Below are positions 9,554 to 21,392 of a stretch of DNA of 64,000 bases, in pieces. Position 1 is the first letter of the stretch; every line of letters starts with the position of its first letter. The translations under genes and the position numbers were made by a program. The notes under the pieces are model-generated. The model was not told the origin of the DNA. It did no database searches and saw only the letters and a list, made by a program, of their open reading frames with translations. Source of the stretch: Candidatus Obscuribacter sp. (lineage in GTDB: Bacteria > Cyanobacteriota > Vampirovibrionia > Obscuribacterales > Obscuribacteraceae); assembly GCA_016712465.1 (NCBI GenBank), contig JADJQZ010000001.1:5477300-5541299 (forward strand), written 5' to 3'.

Positions 9554-11404
9554 TCAGCGCGCCGCCGGTGAGTGTGCGCTTTTGAGCTTCCTCTGATAGA
9601 AAGCCACGCCGTCTTTGAAATCTCCCACTTCATCATATTTAGCGGGCACCACCACGCGGCCGGCGGCATCAACAAAACCCCAGCGCTCACCTGCTTTAAA
9701 TGCCGCCAGTCCCTCACTCATGGCTCTGCCGCTTGAGTTCAAGGAGCCAACTTTCGACTGCGCCGACGATGCACCGATACTCTCCAAAGAACTGCTAAAA
9801 ACAATCTCCCCAGGCGGGGAAGTGGGACCGCCGTTCTCTGGAAGAATCTGCACCAGTCGCTTGTGCCCCGGTCTATGAGGGTCCGGCTCCATCATTAGAT
9901 CAATGAAGTATCCGGTGGGACTGACTATACAACCACTTTTGCTCTGACCGGTAATGATTAAAAGCGAGAACCGGTTACCTACTCGCTTGAGCGGACCATG
10001 GAAGGTACCGGAAAACAGGATATCGCCGTTTTCGTCTATCAAGTCGCTCAGACCACAGCGAATATAACCTCGCCGATAACCCTGGGCAAGCCCGTCCTCA
10101 AAATCACCGACATCCATATCAGGCAACTGCACAAGTTCCTTACCGTTTTTATCTATGAGCGAATACGGTGTCCACTGCCCTTCCACATCGATGGGGAAAA
10201 GACCGTTAGAAAGTTTGACTGTGGCCACCCCGCTACTGAAGGCATTGGCGCGAATGAAACGAGGAGCTATCTTCCAGTTTCCGCGGGTATCCACGTAGCC
10301 AAAGAGCCGGCTGTACTTATGGGCTGCCGCCCCGAGACCCTGGGAGAAAGTGGAAACTCTGACAAGGTCCTGGAAGGGCGCAAATTCAGGAGCCGTCACC
10401 TCCACACCTTTCTTATCTAAGATGCCGGCAAATTTTCGGTCACGAAAAACTGACTGCCAACGGCTCTGCAATCTCTTATGAAGCTGCACATCCTTATCTT
10501 TGATGAGTTCGAGAAAGGTTCCAAGATAGTCGAAGCCAGCATATCCAGATCCAAAATTGAACTCCTTTTCCCGCTCCCAAAAGCCGAGACAGCGCTCATA
10601 CAAGGCTGTCGCCGGCTCAAGCCGCCCTCGCACAGCCAGAAAGCAGGCATAGCTATATATCGAACCGATACTGACGCATTTTTTACCGTCACCTTGAGCG
10701 GGCGCCTCAAGGGCAAGTTGAAGAGCCATATCGGAGGCTAACTTATAGGTAGACTCAGCCTTATCCATTTGACCAAGTGTGTAATGCAAATCGGCAATGC
10801 GTGTCAGGTCACAGCATCTCTGCTCCTGGGGAAGTTCCTGCTCCCGCAGGTGATAGCTGCGCCAGAGAATTTCCACAAGCTTGCGGTGATCGCGGCTCTG
10901 GTAGTAATTTTGCAAAAACCACTGGCTATCCTTAAAGTAACTACATTCAAGTCTGGCGATCAATTCTTCAGCTCTGGCCGTGAAACCCAGCCGATCGTAG
11001 ATCTCAATCAAGCGTGAGCTGTAAGCAGCAAAATCTGCCTCGGCATCAGCGGCGGTTGAGCCGGGCGCCGACTTTCCCTTTGCCTCTACAACAGCGGCGG
11101 CCAGAGCCTGAAGTTTTCCTTCCAGCGCCTTCATTTCCCGCTCCAGCCTGGCCTTTATCTGCTCAGAACTCAAAAGCCTCTGAGTTTTCCGATCCACCAT
11201 CCAGTTAGAGTAAATTTCATCATCACTACCGAACCACTGAGCTAGCGCCGCCTGCTCAGGAAAGAAGAAGGGCAAGAATAGAACCATGCCGCACAAAACT
11301 GAGGCAAGGAAAAACTTTCGACCAGACAATCTCTTGCCCTGTGGCGGTCTCTTCATACTGCGGGTCTCTTCTAATGGAGAGGACCCGGAAAAATCCGGGT
11401 CCAT
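9554..11404 (-). CDS. WG-repeat (KWG-type) protein with an N-terminal membrane anchor and a helical/TPR-like middle region
   Basis: Repeats of the type RWGFVDAAGRVVVPAKYDEVGDFKDGVAFY and LFGYVDTRGNWKIAPRFIRANAFSSGVATV. N-terminal hydrophobic helix FFLASVLCGMVLFLPFFF. Confidence 0.7.
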   Translation of the reverse strand: MDPDFSGSSPLEETRSMKRPPQGKRLSGRKFFLASVLCGMVLFLPFFFPEQAALAQWFGSDDEIYSNWMVDRKTQRLLSSEQIKARLEREMKALEGKLQALAAAVVEAKGKSAPGSTAADAEADFAAYSSRLIEIYDRLGFTARAEELIARLECSYFKDSQWFLQNYYQSRDHRKLVEILWRSYHLREQELPQEQRCCDLTRIADLHYTLGQMDKAESTYKLASDMALQLALEAPAQGDGKKCVSIGSIYSYACFLAVRGRLEPATALYERCLGFWEREKEFNFGSGYAGFDYLGTFLELIKDKDVQLHKRLQSRWQSVFRDRKFAGILDKKGVEVTAPEFAPFQDLVRVSTFSQGLGAAAHKYSRLFGYVDTRGNWKIAPRFIRANAFSSGVATVKLSNGLFPIDVEGQWTPYSLIDKNGKELVQLPDMDVGDFEDGLAQGYRRGYIRCGLSDLIDENGDILFSGTFHGPLKRVGNRFSLLIITGQSKSGCIVSPTGYFIDLMMEPDPHRPGHKRLVQILPENGGPTSPPGEIVFSSSLESIGASSAQSKVGSLNSSGRAMSEGLAAFKAGERWGFVDAAGRVVVPAKYDEVGDFKDGVAFYQRKLKSAHSPAAR

Positions 11405-11453
11405 CTCATTCTTGTATTGTCTTGCGGGCGATCAAACACCTTGAGCAAAAGCC

Positions 11454-14039
11454 TTACACCTTCACCTGTTTGGGCTCGGTAGCCCAGCAAATATAAGGCG
11501 TATCGAAGCTCGAAACGAGGTCTTCGTGGCTCGGCAATACCCTTACGGTAAAGCCGTGTCTGCCGCTCTTGAAGTACTTGATGGCGCCGGTGAACAGCTT
11601 CTCGGAACCCTTCTTGGCAGAAGAATCCGGACGCATATCAATCACTTCCCCTTCCACAATATTGCCATATTGATCGATGGGTCCGTGATACATCTGCACC
11701 ACTACATCTTCGGCATTCAGCTCACCAAGGTTGATCCAGGCTTTGATATTCATATCGTCGCCTACCTTGATGGTGTCACCGGTATTCTCTTCAACCGCAC
11801 CGATGCGCACATGAGACCACTTCTGCTTCAGGTTCTCTTTCCAGTGAGCAAGAGCCTTGGCTTTGGAGGCACCATTTTCCACAAAATCGTGATAGCGCAC
11901 CAGGGACGGGAAGTACATCTCAGTGGCGTATTCACGCACCATTCTGTTGATGTTGAAGACCGGGCAAAGCGATAGCATGGAGCGCTTCATACGGCTCAAC
12001 CAGGCACGCGGGTGTTTATCTTGATCGCGGTCATAGAAGGCCGGCACGATTTCTTTTTCAAGCAGATCGTAGAGGGCATTTGATTCCACTTCATCTTGGT
12101 AGTCGGTGTCTTCATAGACTTCACCGCGACCGATAGCCCAGCCCAGATGCGGCTCGTAGGCTTCATCCCACCAACCGTCCAAAATCGAACAGTTGATACC
12201 ACCGTTGAAGGCCACCTTCATACCGGATGTACCGGAAGCTTCCAGGAAGCGGCGGGGCGTATTCAGCCATACATCAACGCCTTCCACCATCCATCTGGCT
12301 ACGTTCATATCGTAGTCTTCCAGGAAGACAAAGTGCTTGCGCAGATCTTCGCGGCGGCAGAAATGCATGACCTGACGGATAAGCTCTTTAGCCGGAGCGT
12401 CTTCCGGGTGAGCCTTACCAGCCATGATGATCTGAATGGGGCGATGCTTATTGGTGAGAATGCGAGCTAAGCGCTCGGGATCTTTGAGAAGCAGGGTAGC
12501 TCTCTTATATGTAGCCATGCGGCGAGCAAAGCCGATGGTCAGTACTTCCGGGTCAAGCACGTTTCTGGCTTCGTCCAGTTCCACCTGGGTGGCACCGCGC
12601 TGCTCAAGCTGCCCGGTGAGGCGCTTGCGGCAGAAATTGACGAGGCGTTGACGACGCATCTCGTGGATTCTCCACAGCTCTTCATCGGGAATATCCGCAA
12701 CTTTCTTCCAGATGTTCTGGTCGGAATTATCTTCCGACCACTTGGGTCCAAGATAACGGTCGAAGAGATCGGCCATTTCCTTGGAGATCCAGGAGCGAGT
12801 GTGCACGCCATTTGTGATATGGGTGATGGGCACTTCGTGCTCGGGCACATCTTTCCAGTTGTCTTTGAAAAGCTCCCGCGATACCGCACCGTGCAATTTG
12901 CTCACGGCATTGGTGCGAGAAGAAAGATTGATTGCCAGGTTGGCCATGGAGAACAGCTCGGTTTCGTCACTGGGCTCGGTGCGTCCGAGGGCGAAGAACT
13001 CTTTGCGGTTCAAGCCGACTTGATGATAATAGGAGCTCCAGTATTTATCCACCAGCTCGGGATCGAACTTATCGATACCGGCAGGCACGGCGGTGTGAGT
13101 GGTGAAGATCTGACCGGCGGCGGCAACTTCTTTTGCTTCGGCAAAGGTTAGACCTTTCTCTCTCATCAAAATAGCAATGCGCTCAAGACCGAGGAAGGCA
13201 CTGTGCCCTTCATTCATATGGCAGATGGTGGGCTCGATACCCACAGCCTTCAAGGCGCGCATACCACCGACGCCGAGAATGATTTCCTGCTGGATACGAA
13301 TTTCGCGATCGGCTTTGTAGAGCGCGTCGGTAATGTCTTCGTCCTGCTTGGAGTTCTCGGGAATATTGGTGTCGAGCAGATAGAGCGGCACACGTCCGAC
13401 CTGTGCTTTCCAGATGCGCATATAAACTTTGCGTCCGGGGAAATCAACCGACACCAGCACCGGGCTGCCGTCTTTTTCTTTCAGGGGGATAATCGGCAAA
13501 TTATAGAAATCGTTGATGGGATAACGCTCTTGCTGCCAACCATCAGCATTAAGATACTGACGGAAATAGCCCTGTTGATAAACGATACCCACGCCCACCA
13601 GGGGCAGACCCAGTTCGGAAGCGGCTTTCACGTGGTCGCCGGCCAGAATACCCAGACCGCCGGAGTAAATAGGCAGCGCATCGGAAAGACCGAACTCGGC
13701 GGAGAAATAAGCCAGCACACCGGCATTACTCTTCTTGAAGTTCTTCTCGTACCAGGTGCCTTCGCCCTTCATATAATCGTAGTGCTTCTGGCAAATGCGA
13801 TTGAGTTGATTGACAAAGCCGTCGTCTTGAGCGGCTTCATTGAGGCGCTCCTGGCTGACCATGCCCAGAAGCAGAACCGGGTTATGACCGGTGGCATCCC
13901 AGAGGTCGCGGTCAAGGCGACGGAAAAGCTTGATGGTTTCGTGGTCCCAGGTCCATCTCAGGTTGTACGCCAGTTCTCTCAGGCATTCCAACTCGGGCGG
14001 CAGGAAGGGAGTGACTTCGATGGTGCGGATCGGTTTCAA
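11454..14039 (-). CDS. glgP: Alpha-glucan (glycogen/maltodextrin) phosphorylase, GT35 alpha-glucan family
   Basis: 861-aa ORF. Pyridoxal-phosphate lysine block EASGTSGMKVAFNGG. YSGGLGILAGDH block typical of the alpha-glucan phosphorylase family. Confidence 0.9.
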   Translation of the reverse strand: MKPIRTIEVTPFLPPELECLRELAYNLRWTWDHETIKLFRRLDRDLWDATGHNPVLLLGMVSQERLNEAAQDDGFVNQLNRICQKHYDYMKGEGTWYEKNFKKSNAGVLAYFSAEFGLSDALPIYSGGLGILAGDHVKAASELGLPLVGVGIVYQQGYFRQYLNADGWQQERYPINDFYNLPIIPLKEKDGSPVLVSVDFPGRKVYMRIWKAQVGRVPLYLLDTNIPENSKQDEDITDALYKADREIRIQQEIILGVGGMRALKAVGIEPTICHMNEGHSAFLGLERIAILMREKGLTFAEAKEVAAAGQIFTTHTAVPAGIDKFDPELVDKYWSSYYHQVGLNRKEFFALGRTEPSDETELFSMANLAINLSSRTNAVSKLHGAVSRELFKDNWKDVPEHEVPITHITNGVHTRSWISKEMADLFDRYLGPKWSEDNSDQNIWKKVADIPDEELWRIHEMRRQRLVNFCRKRLTGQLEQRGATQVELDEARNVLDPEVLTIGFARRMATYKRATLLLKDPERLARILTNKHRPIQIIMAGKAHPEDAPAKELIRQVMHFCRREDLRKHFVFLEDYDMNVARWMVEGVDVWLNTPRRFLEASGTSGMKVAFNGGINCSILDGWWDEAYEPHLGWAIGRGEVYEDTDYQDEVESNALYDLLEKEIVPAFYDRDQDKHPRAWLSRMKRSMLSLCPVFNINRMVREYATEMYFPSLVRYHDFVENGASKAKALAHWKENLKQKWSHVRIGAVEENTGDTIKVGDDMNIKAWINLGELNAEDVVVQMYHGPIDQYGNIVEGEVIDMRPDSSAKKGSEKLFTGAIKYFKSGRHGFTVRVLPSHEDLVSSFDTPYICWATEPKQVKV

Positions 14040-14156
14040 CTAAGTAGCCTCGCTGCAAAATAGCAATCATAATAAAAGGAGCAGATACAGCCTATTTGAG
14101 CCGCATCAACCCCTCGCTGCCAAGAGGATAAAATCTTTCCTCGGGAGGGCTTTGAA

Positions 14157-14687
14157 ATGGTAGCACTTATTGAGGGCTCTAAAGCGCCTGATTTTCAGCT
14201 CAAAACATCCAGAGACAAGGTACAGTCACTGGGTCAGGCACTTGCGCGATTTCCCCTTGTGCTCATAACAATCTTCAAAGTCCACTGCCCTGTATGCCAG
14301 CTCACACTTCCTTATATACAACGCCTACACGCCGGGCTGAAAGCCGCCGGGGCTCCGGACCGGCCCGAGCACGCAAGCCCGCTTCCAGACGAAAGCCCGC
14401 TACTGGTAGTCTGCCAGGACTCGCAAGATGAAACCAGGGAATTCATTGAGCAGTACGGGCTAACCATGCCGGTTCTCGTGGACGATAACCTGGATGTTAC
14501 GCTAGCCTACGGTCTCACCAATGTTCCCAGCCTCTTTCTAGTCAGAGCCGACTACACTATTGAGAGCACAATTGTCGGCTTTGACAAAAGTGCCCTGGTA
14601 AGCGCGGCCGGGCGCCTCGCCGGTGAGGATTTCGCCCTCTTCACCAGCGAAGAAAACACCACCCTGCCCGCTTTCCGCCCCGGCTGA
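14157..14687 (+). CDS. Thioredoxin-fold redoxin (TlpA/AhpC-TSA-like)
   Basis: 176-aa ORF with a CPVC active-site motif in a redoxin-like context (VLITIFKVHCPVCQ). Confidence 0.65.
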   Translation: MVALIEGSKAPDFQLKTSRDKVQSLGQALARFPLVLITIFKVHCPVCQLTLPYIQRLHAGLKAAGAPDRPEHASPLPDESPLLVVCQDSQDETREFIEQYGLTMPVLVDDNLDVTLAYGLTNVPSLFLVRADYTIESTIVGFDKSALVSAAGRLAGEDFALFTSEENTTLPAFRPG

Positions 14688-14847
14688 GGAACCAATGTCA
14701 GGTTCTAAGGTTTAGAGCCCATCCAAATCACCAACCACTGGAAACCACTCCAAACAAACCAAGGCAGCCGACCGGCATATCCAACGCATATCCAGGTAAT
14801 CCCAACGCAGTTTAAAATGTCCGCTTACTAAGACAACGGAAAAAACC

Positions 14848-15342
14848 ATGATTAAAATCGCCCGCATAGTCCGACTGGTAGCCCTGGCCATCCTATTCGG
14901 AGGCGGCACGGGCATAGTCTTCGCCGCCATCACCCTGGTACATGCGGCAAAGGCCCAGGGCATCCCCGTGGCCGAAGCAGCCGCCACCAATGCCCCCATC
15001 TTTCTGGAATTCGCCAAAGTAGCCGCCGCCTTCGCCATCGCCCTGGTGGTAGCAGAGGCTATTGAAATCAAAGGCGATTTGAAAAACCTGGAAAAACGCA
15101 GCAAATGGCCCATGGCCCGCTACTTCGCCAGCATCGTGGCAGCGGTGGCCGCCTTCATCTTCGCCTTCGGCATCGCCCCGCCCATGAAAGACCTGCAACC
15201 CAAAATCAAGGCCGACCAGGCCGCCCACGCCGAATTCACCCGCCTGCATGAAGTCTCCCGGGGTGTCTTCAGCGCCATGATTGTCTTCGCAATGGCTTCC
15301 ATGATAATTCCCGTTCTGGGGCCGGGCAAACACATGGAATAA
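14848..15342 (+). CDS. Small integral membrane protein (about 4 TM helices)
   Basis: 164-aa ORF with four hydrophobic helices. The antisense ORFs here are shadows. Confidence 0.55.
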   Translation: MIKIARIVRLVALAILFGGGTGIVFAAITLVHAAKAQGIPVAEAAATNAPIFLEFAKVAAAFAIALVVAEAIEIKGDLKNLEKRSKWPMARYFASIVAAVAAFIFAFGIAPPMKDLQPKIKADQAAHAEFTRLHEVSRGVFSAMIVFAMASMIIPVLGPGKHME

Positions 15343-15434
15343 TTTCCCCGACCGGTGCAAAGAAATTGAAAAACCGGGAAAATAAGCCAGTGAAGAGTTG
15401 TAGTCAGTTCCCAAGAACAGTCGAGAGAGATTAA

Positions 15435-16904
15435 ATGCCAAGCAGCAAGTTGAAATCCAGACCTTTTGCAGATATTGCGGGATTTACCGTTATGGCCGGC
15501 CGTGCCGGAAATGCGGCTTTGAGCCGAGTGATTGCGCTGAGCCTGATGCTCTCCCTGGGCTTTCCTCTAGCCGGTCTTGCCTACCAGGACACCGGCTTCG
15601 ATCAAGGGCGCGCCCGCATGATGACTGGCGACTACGACGGCGCCGTGGCTGCTTTTGGCGAATCCCTCGGACTCAACTCCAATAACTCCAGAGCCCTGGT
15701 CTTGCGGGGTGAGTGCTTCTTCAAAATGGGCAATTACAAACTGGCTATTCAAGACCTGACCAGCGCCCTGCAATACGCTCCCAATAATATCCGCGCCCTC
15801 ATTCTGCGCGGCATCAGCCACTGCAGCCTTGGCAAAGACGGCATGGCTATTCTTGACTTTCAGTCGGCCATCAAACTGAACGGCCCCCTGGCCGACAAGT
15901 TTTTCAACCGCATTACCGGTGGTGGCATCGCCGCCCTCGAACGCCTGGAAGAACAGCGCAAGAATGACCCCAGCGGAGCCAGAGAAGAAGACTCTTACGA
16001 TGTTGACGACGAGTCGGGCTTCAACGTGCATGCCATCAAAGACTACAGAGAAGCGCTGATAAGTTTGAAAGAAGGCAGAAATAGCACCATCGCGCCCGAC
16101 GACAGCATCACGGCACAGCCCACAGGCGGTAGCCACGGCGGCAACAGCGCGGTCGGCACCTCCAACATCGGCTCCGCAAGCGCCTCCGGCGACGGCGGCA
16201 GTAACCCCGGCAGACGCAGACATCCCGACTGGCATAAGAATGCTATCGCCGGCACCGGTGCCAGCGACAACGGCGATTTCGGCGCCCAGGGCGCTACCGA
16301 CTACGGCGAAACCACGGTAGTTAGCGGCGAGAAAGACCCGGGCGGCAAAAAATCGCAAATAGCCAAAAACCTGGTCGGCAACCCGAAAGAAGCAGCCGAC
16401 AAAGGCAACCGCCTGCCCTACATCTTTCAAGACGCTCAAAACAACGCCGACGTAGACAGCGACGACACCATTGCGCGCTATAAAAACGAACGCTTCACTC
16501 CCAACCTGGATCAAGACCCCATGCGCGGCGAATTCGGCTTGCTCTCAGGGGCCGGCGGCTTTCCCGGCGACGCCAAACAAGCCATCCTCGACTACAGCCA
16601 GGCCATCAAGCTGGACCCCACCAATGCCGAGTACTACTACCGGCGCGCCAAAGCCTTCCAGAAACTGAGAAAGGTCAACGATGCCATGGGCGACTTCAAC
16701 CACGCCATTTTGCAAGACCCGCAGCAAGGCAAGTATTACATCGGTCGCGCTTCGCTCTACTTCCAGCTCGGCAAGCAGATTCTCATGGACGCCGACATAG
16801 TCGCCGCCCGTAACTGCAACCCCGACCTGCCGGCGGTCATCCACTTCAACCTGGAAAAACTCCCCCCGGGAACGCAGTGGGCTGGCGACGGGGCGAGAGA
16901 CTAG
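15435..16904 (+). CDS. TPR-repeat protein with a central Gly/Ser/Asp-rich linker
   Basis: Tetratricopeptide-like repeats at both ends (for example GNYKLAIQDLTSALQYAPNN and AILDYSQAIKLDPTNAEYYYRRAKAF). N-terminal signal/anchor. Confidence 0.75.
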   Translation: MPSSKLKSRPFADIAGFTVMAGRAGNAALSRVIALSLMLSLGFPLAGLAYQDTGFDQGRARMMTGDYDGAVAAFGESLGLNSNNSRALVLRGECFFKMGNYKLAIQDLTSALQYAPNNIRALILRGISHCSLGKDGMAILDFQSAIKLNGPLADKFFNRITGGGIAALERLEEQRKNDPSGAREEDSYDVDDESGFNVHAIKDYREALISLKEGRNSTIAPDDSITAQPTGGSHGGNSAVGTSNIGSASASGDGGSNPGRRRHPDWHKNAIAGTGASDNGDFGAQGATDYGETTVVSGEKDPGGKKSQIAKNLVGNPKEAADKGNRLPYIFQDAQNNADVDSDDTIARYKNERFTPNLDQDPMRGEFGLLSGAGGFPGDAKQAILDYSQAIKLDPTNAEYYYRRAKAFQKLRKVNDAMGDFNHAILQDPQQGKYYIGRASLYFQLGKQILMDADIVAARNCNPDLPAVIHFNLEKLPPGTQWAGDGARD

Positions 16905-17005
16905 AACTTAAACCGATAACGGTTAGGAGCCCCGTCGACAGACCACACCTTATGTGAGATTCGGCGACGGGGCAAGAGACTAGAATTAGAACTAGAACCT
17001 AATTC

Positions 17006-17034
17006 TTGCACTTGGCAGACAACCGTGGTAAATT
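17006..17034 (+). promoter_or_regulatory. Candidate promoter (TTGCAC, 17 nt, TGgTAAATT) in front of a short hairpin-plus-terminator unit
   Basis: -35 TTGCAC at 17006-17011, a 17-nt spacer ending in TGG (extended -10-like), and -10 TAAATT at 17029-17034. No ORF follows before the terminator at 17077-17102. Confidence 0.25.
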
Positions 17035-17076
17035 AACCATATCAGCCTGGTGATAGGTGCCGTCCGAAGCCAGGGG

Positions 17077-17102
17077 AAAAGCTCTCTTCGGAGGGCTTTT
17101 TT
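17077..17102. terminator. Strong, potentially bidirectional intrinsic terminator
   Basis: AAAA-GCUCUC-UUCG-GAGGGC-UUUUUU: 6-bp stem with a UUCG tetraloop, an A-tract upstream and a T-tract downstream. It sits between the convergent TPR gene and the NYN-like gene. Confidence 0.75.
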
Positions 17103-17216
17103 GCTTTTGCAAACTAGTCCCAAGACTTCGGTCTATTTCGAATATGAATTCCTGTTAGAGGGTCGCACACGGATCTCGGATATTGGTTTTCTTCGTAGTC
17201 TTTGATCGTCAGTTTG

Positions 17217-17549
17217 TCATGCAGGTGCGCAGATGCAGTCATGCTCGACACAGACCGACCATAAGGCTGCAATGCCATTATTTTGGAAGACGGGTACAAC
17301 TACACCATGCGCCTTAAGCACATTCAGATAGCACTTCTGATTACTTGCCCTAATGCTTTGCGGAGGGCCAACTGTGGCTGTGCAAAAGGTAACAAGGCCT
17401 AAGCACGCATCTGGTCCGAAAAACTTCAACCTCGATTGGCAAACCTTGATAATGTCTAGCCACTTTATGCTAGGCGAGGCTCCGTCTTCGATAGCATCCT
17501 TCAAGGAGCGATACAGATTGAACCCATCAACTACGCAAGCAACACGCAA
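17217..17549 (-). CDS. NYN/LabA-like domain protein, short and possibly truncated
   Basis: N-terminus MRVACVVDGFNLYRSL matches the DG.NLY start of NYN domains. At 110 aa it is shorter than usual. Confidence 0.4.
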   Translation of the reverse strand: MRVACVVDGFNLYRSLKDAIEDGASPSIKWLDIIKVCQSRLKFFGPDACLGLVTFCTATVGPPQSIRASNQKCYLNVLKAHGVVVPVFQNNGIAALWSVCVEHDCICAPA

Positions 17550-17723
17550 AGAGTAGCCTCCACCAAATTACTGCCGAAATAATACAACAGAGATGGCTAA
17601 ATCAAAGTGGCCCAGCAAACTTTAGATTGAACGAGCAGTACGCCCCACAAGCAAATTCTGCAACCCATTCCATCAAATCGACTGATATGGATAAAATTGC
17701 AATTACTGCAATCCGGTGTGCCG

Positions 17724-19974
<2,251 letters not shown>

Positions 19975-20195
19975 TTAGGCAGCACTGGCACCACGCACAA
20001 AACTGTAACCGCAACAGGCACGCACCTGGCGGTTAGATAATCGAAACACTTTGGACTGAGACCATATTTAGACTAACTCTAAACTTAGGCACTGTCAACC
20101 CCGCTCCAAGCGCCAAAATATGGGGGAGACTAGCACCCTTCCGGGTGTCCAGACCCGAATCCAACTTCGATATAAGGTTAAATCCTGTTACCGCA

Positions 20196-21392
20196 TTACT
20201 GACTTGATGAACCAGAGGCACCGGAATTGCCGGAAGCGCCGGACCCACCTGCGGTGCCGGAATTGCCGAAAGCGCCGGAATTGCCGAAAACACCGGAATT
20301 ACCGGAAACAGCGGGACCGGCAAGAGCCACCAACCGGTGCTCCAGGTCAGAGCCCTCCAGGCGCAACCTCAAATCGCGATAAAAAAGCACATAGCCCGTA
20401 TAAGCCACGGCGAATGTCACCATATTTAGTACCACATCAAAACCTACGCCCACAACTTGCAGGTAGACCGGATCTTCCGCCGAAGCCATGGCGGAAGTAA
20501 CACCGTCGCGGCTCACCATGAGAGCGTGAATAATGGAAGCCAGCGTGATCGGGCTGGAAATAGCCACACTGACAAGGGCCAGGGCCGTGGTCAACAGGCA
20601 AATATAGGAGCCGCCCCGCAAGGGTCTGGCCATGGTAAAAGACAGGCTCTTCGCCAGAAGCTCTTTAAAAGGTTTATCCTCAACGGCGGCGCTAGCCATC
20701 AAGATGGCTCCGTAAAGAGATGTAATGGCAATAGAGATGGTCAAGAAAAAGCCGATGGCACCAAAAACAAGGGCCCCCACCACATAACGCTCTGTGCCGC
20801 CATGGGGCACCAGGGGCACCGCCGCCACAGCAACAACGGCCCAGAGCATGAGCACCAGCAGGGGCGGCAAAATAGCCAGGTTGTAGGCGCCGAAGACAGC
20901 CCAACCACGCTGCTTGAGCCTGGCATAAGCCTCTTGATAGCCATTATTGACGCCCAGCAAAAGCCTGGCCATGGCTGAGCAGCGCAGGCACATCTCCCAG
21001 GCGGCGTAGAACCAGACCACAATGCAAACCAGAATCACACTCATGGCAATGGCAAAGGGTGTCACGGCAAGTTGCGACTTTGCCGCCACTTGCACCCAGG
21101 ACTTCAAGCTGTACTGAGCCAGATTGGAGCCGATGGCGCTGAGCATGGCCGGCACCAGGAGCACCTTCCAATATAGACCAATGTTGCGGCGTACCAGTCG
21201 AAATGCCGTGCCGACCAGGTCTCCCAGGGATTGCGGTCCGGTAGCCAGCGGCTCCACAGTTGTACTTGCACTCGGTTCCAATTTGATAAGGCAGCAACCA
21301 TTGGTGATGTTAAGCTCAGAATGAGAGCTTCTGTCAGTATAATATTTCCAAGCTATATTTACTGGAAACGGCATGCCAAGAGTCTCAAACAA
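20196..21392 (-). CDS. Polytopic membrane protein with a C-terminal GNSG(A/V)F repeat tail
   Basis: 398-aa ORF with at least 6 hydrophobic helices. The start may be the internal Met (MPFPV), because the annotated 5' end overlaps the divergent HD gene start. Confidence 0.6.
   Translation of the reverse strand: MFETLGMPFPVNIAWKYYTDRSSHSELNITNGCCLIKLEPSASTTVEPLATGPQSLGDLVGTAFRLVRRNIGLYWKVLLVPAMLSAIGSNLAQYSLKSWVQVAAKSQLAVTPFAIAMSVILVCIVVWFYAAWEMCLRCSAMARLLLGVNNGYQEAYARLKQRGWAVFGAYNLAILPPLLVLMLWAVVAVAAVPLVPHGGTERYVVGALVFGAIGFFLTISIAITSLYGAILMASAAVEDKPFKELLAKSLSFTMARPLRGGSYICLLTTALALVSVAISSPITLASIIHALMVSRDGVTSAMASAEDPVYLQVVGVGFDVVLNMVTFAVAYTGYVLFYRDLRLRLEGSDLEHRLVALAGPAVSGNSGVFGNSGAFGNSGTAGGSGASGNSGASGSSSQ
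20221..20310. repeat. Five tandem 18-bp units (CCGGAATTGCCGAAAGCG-like) encoding the GNSGxF hexapeptide repeats
   Basis: Units at 20221, 20239, 20257, 20275 and 20293, read directly. The second unit is diverged. Confidence 0.8.

Noticed and set aside
17114-17299. 61-aa ORF overlapping the 3' end of the NYN-like gene as evidence of a frameshift
   Set aside because: I could not recognise the expected downstream NYN motifs in either frame, so a frameshift cannot be supported. Only the short NYN-like ORF is reported, at low confidence.
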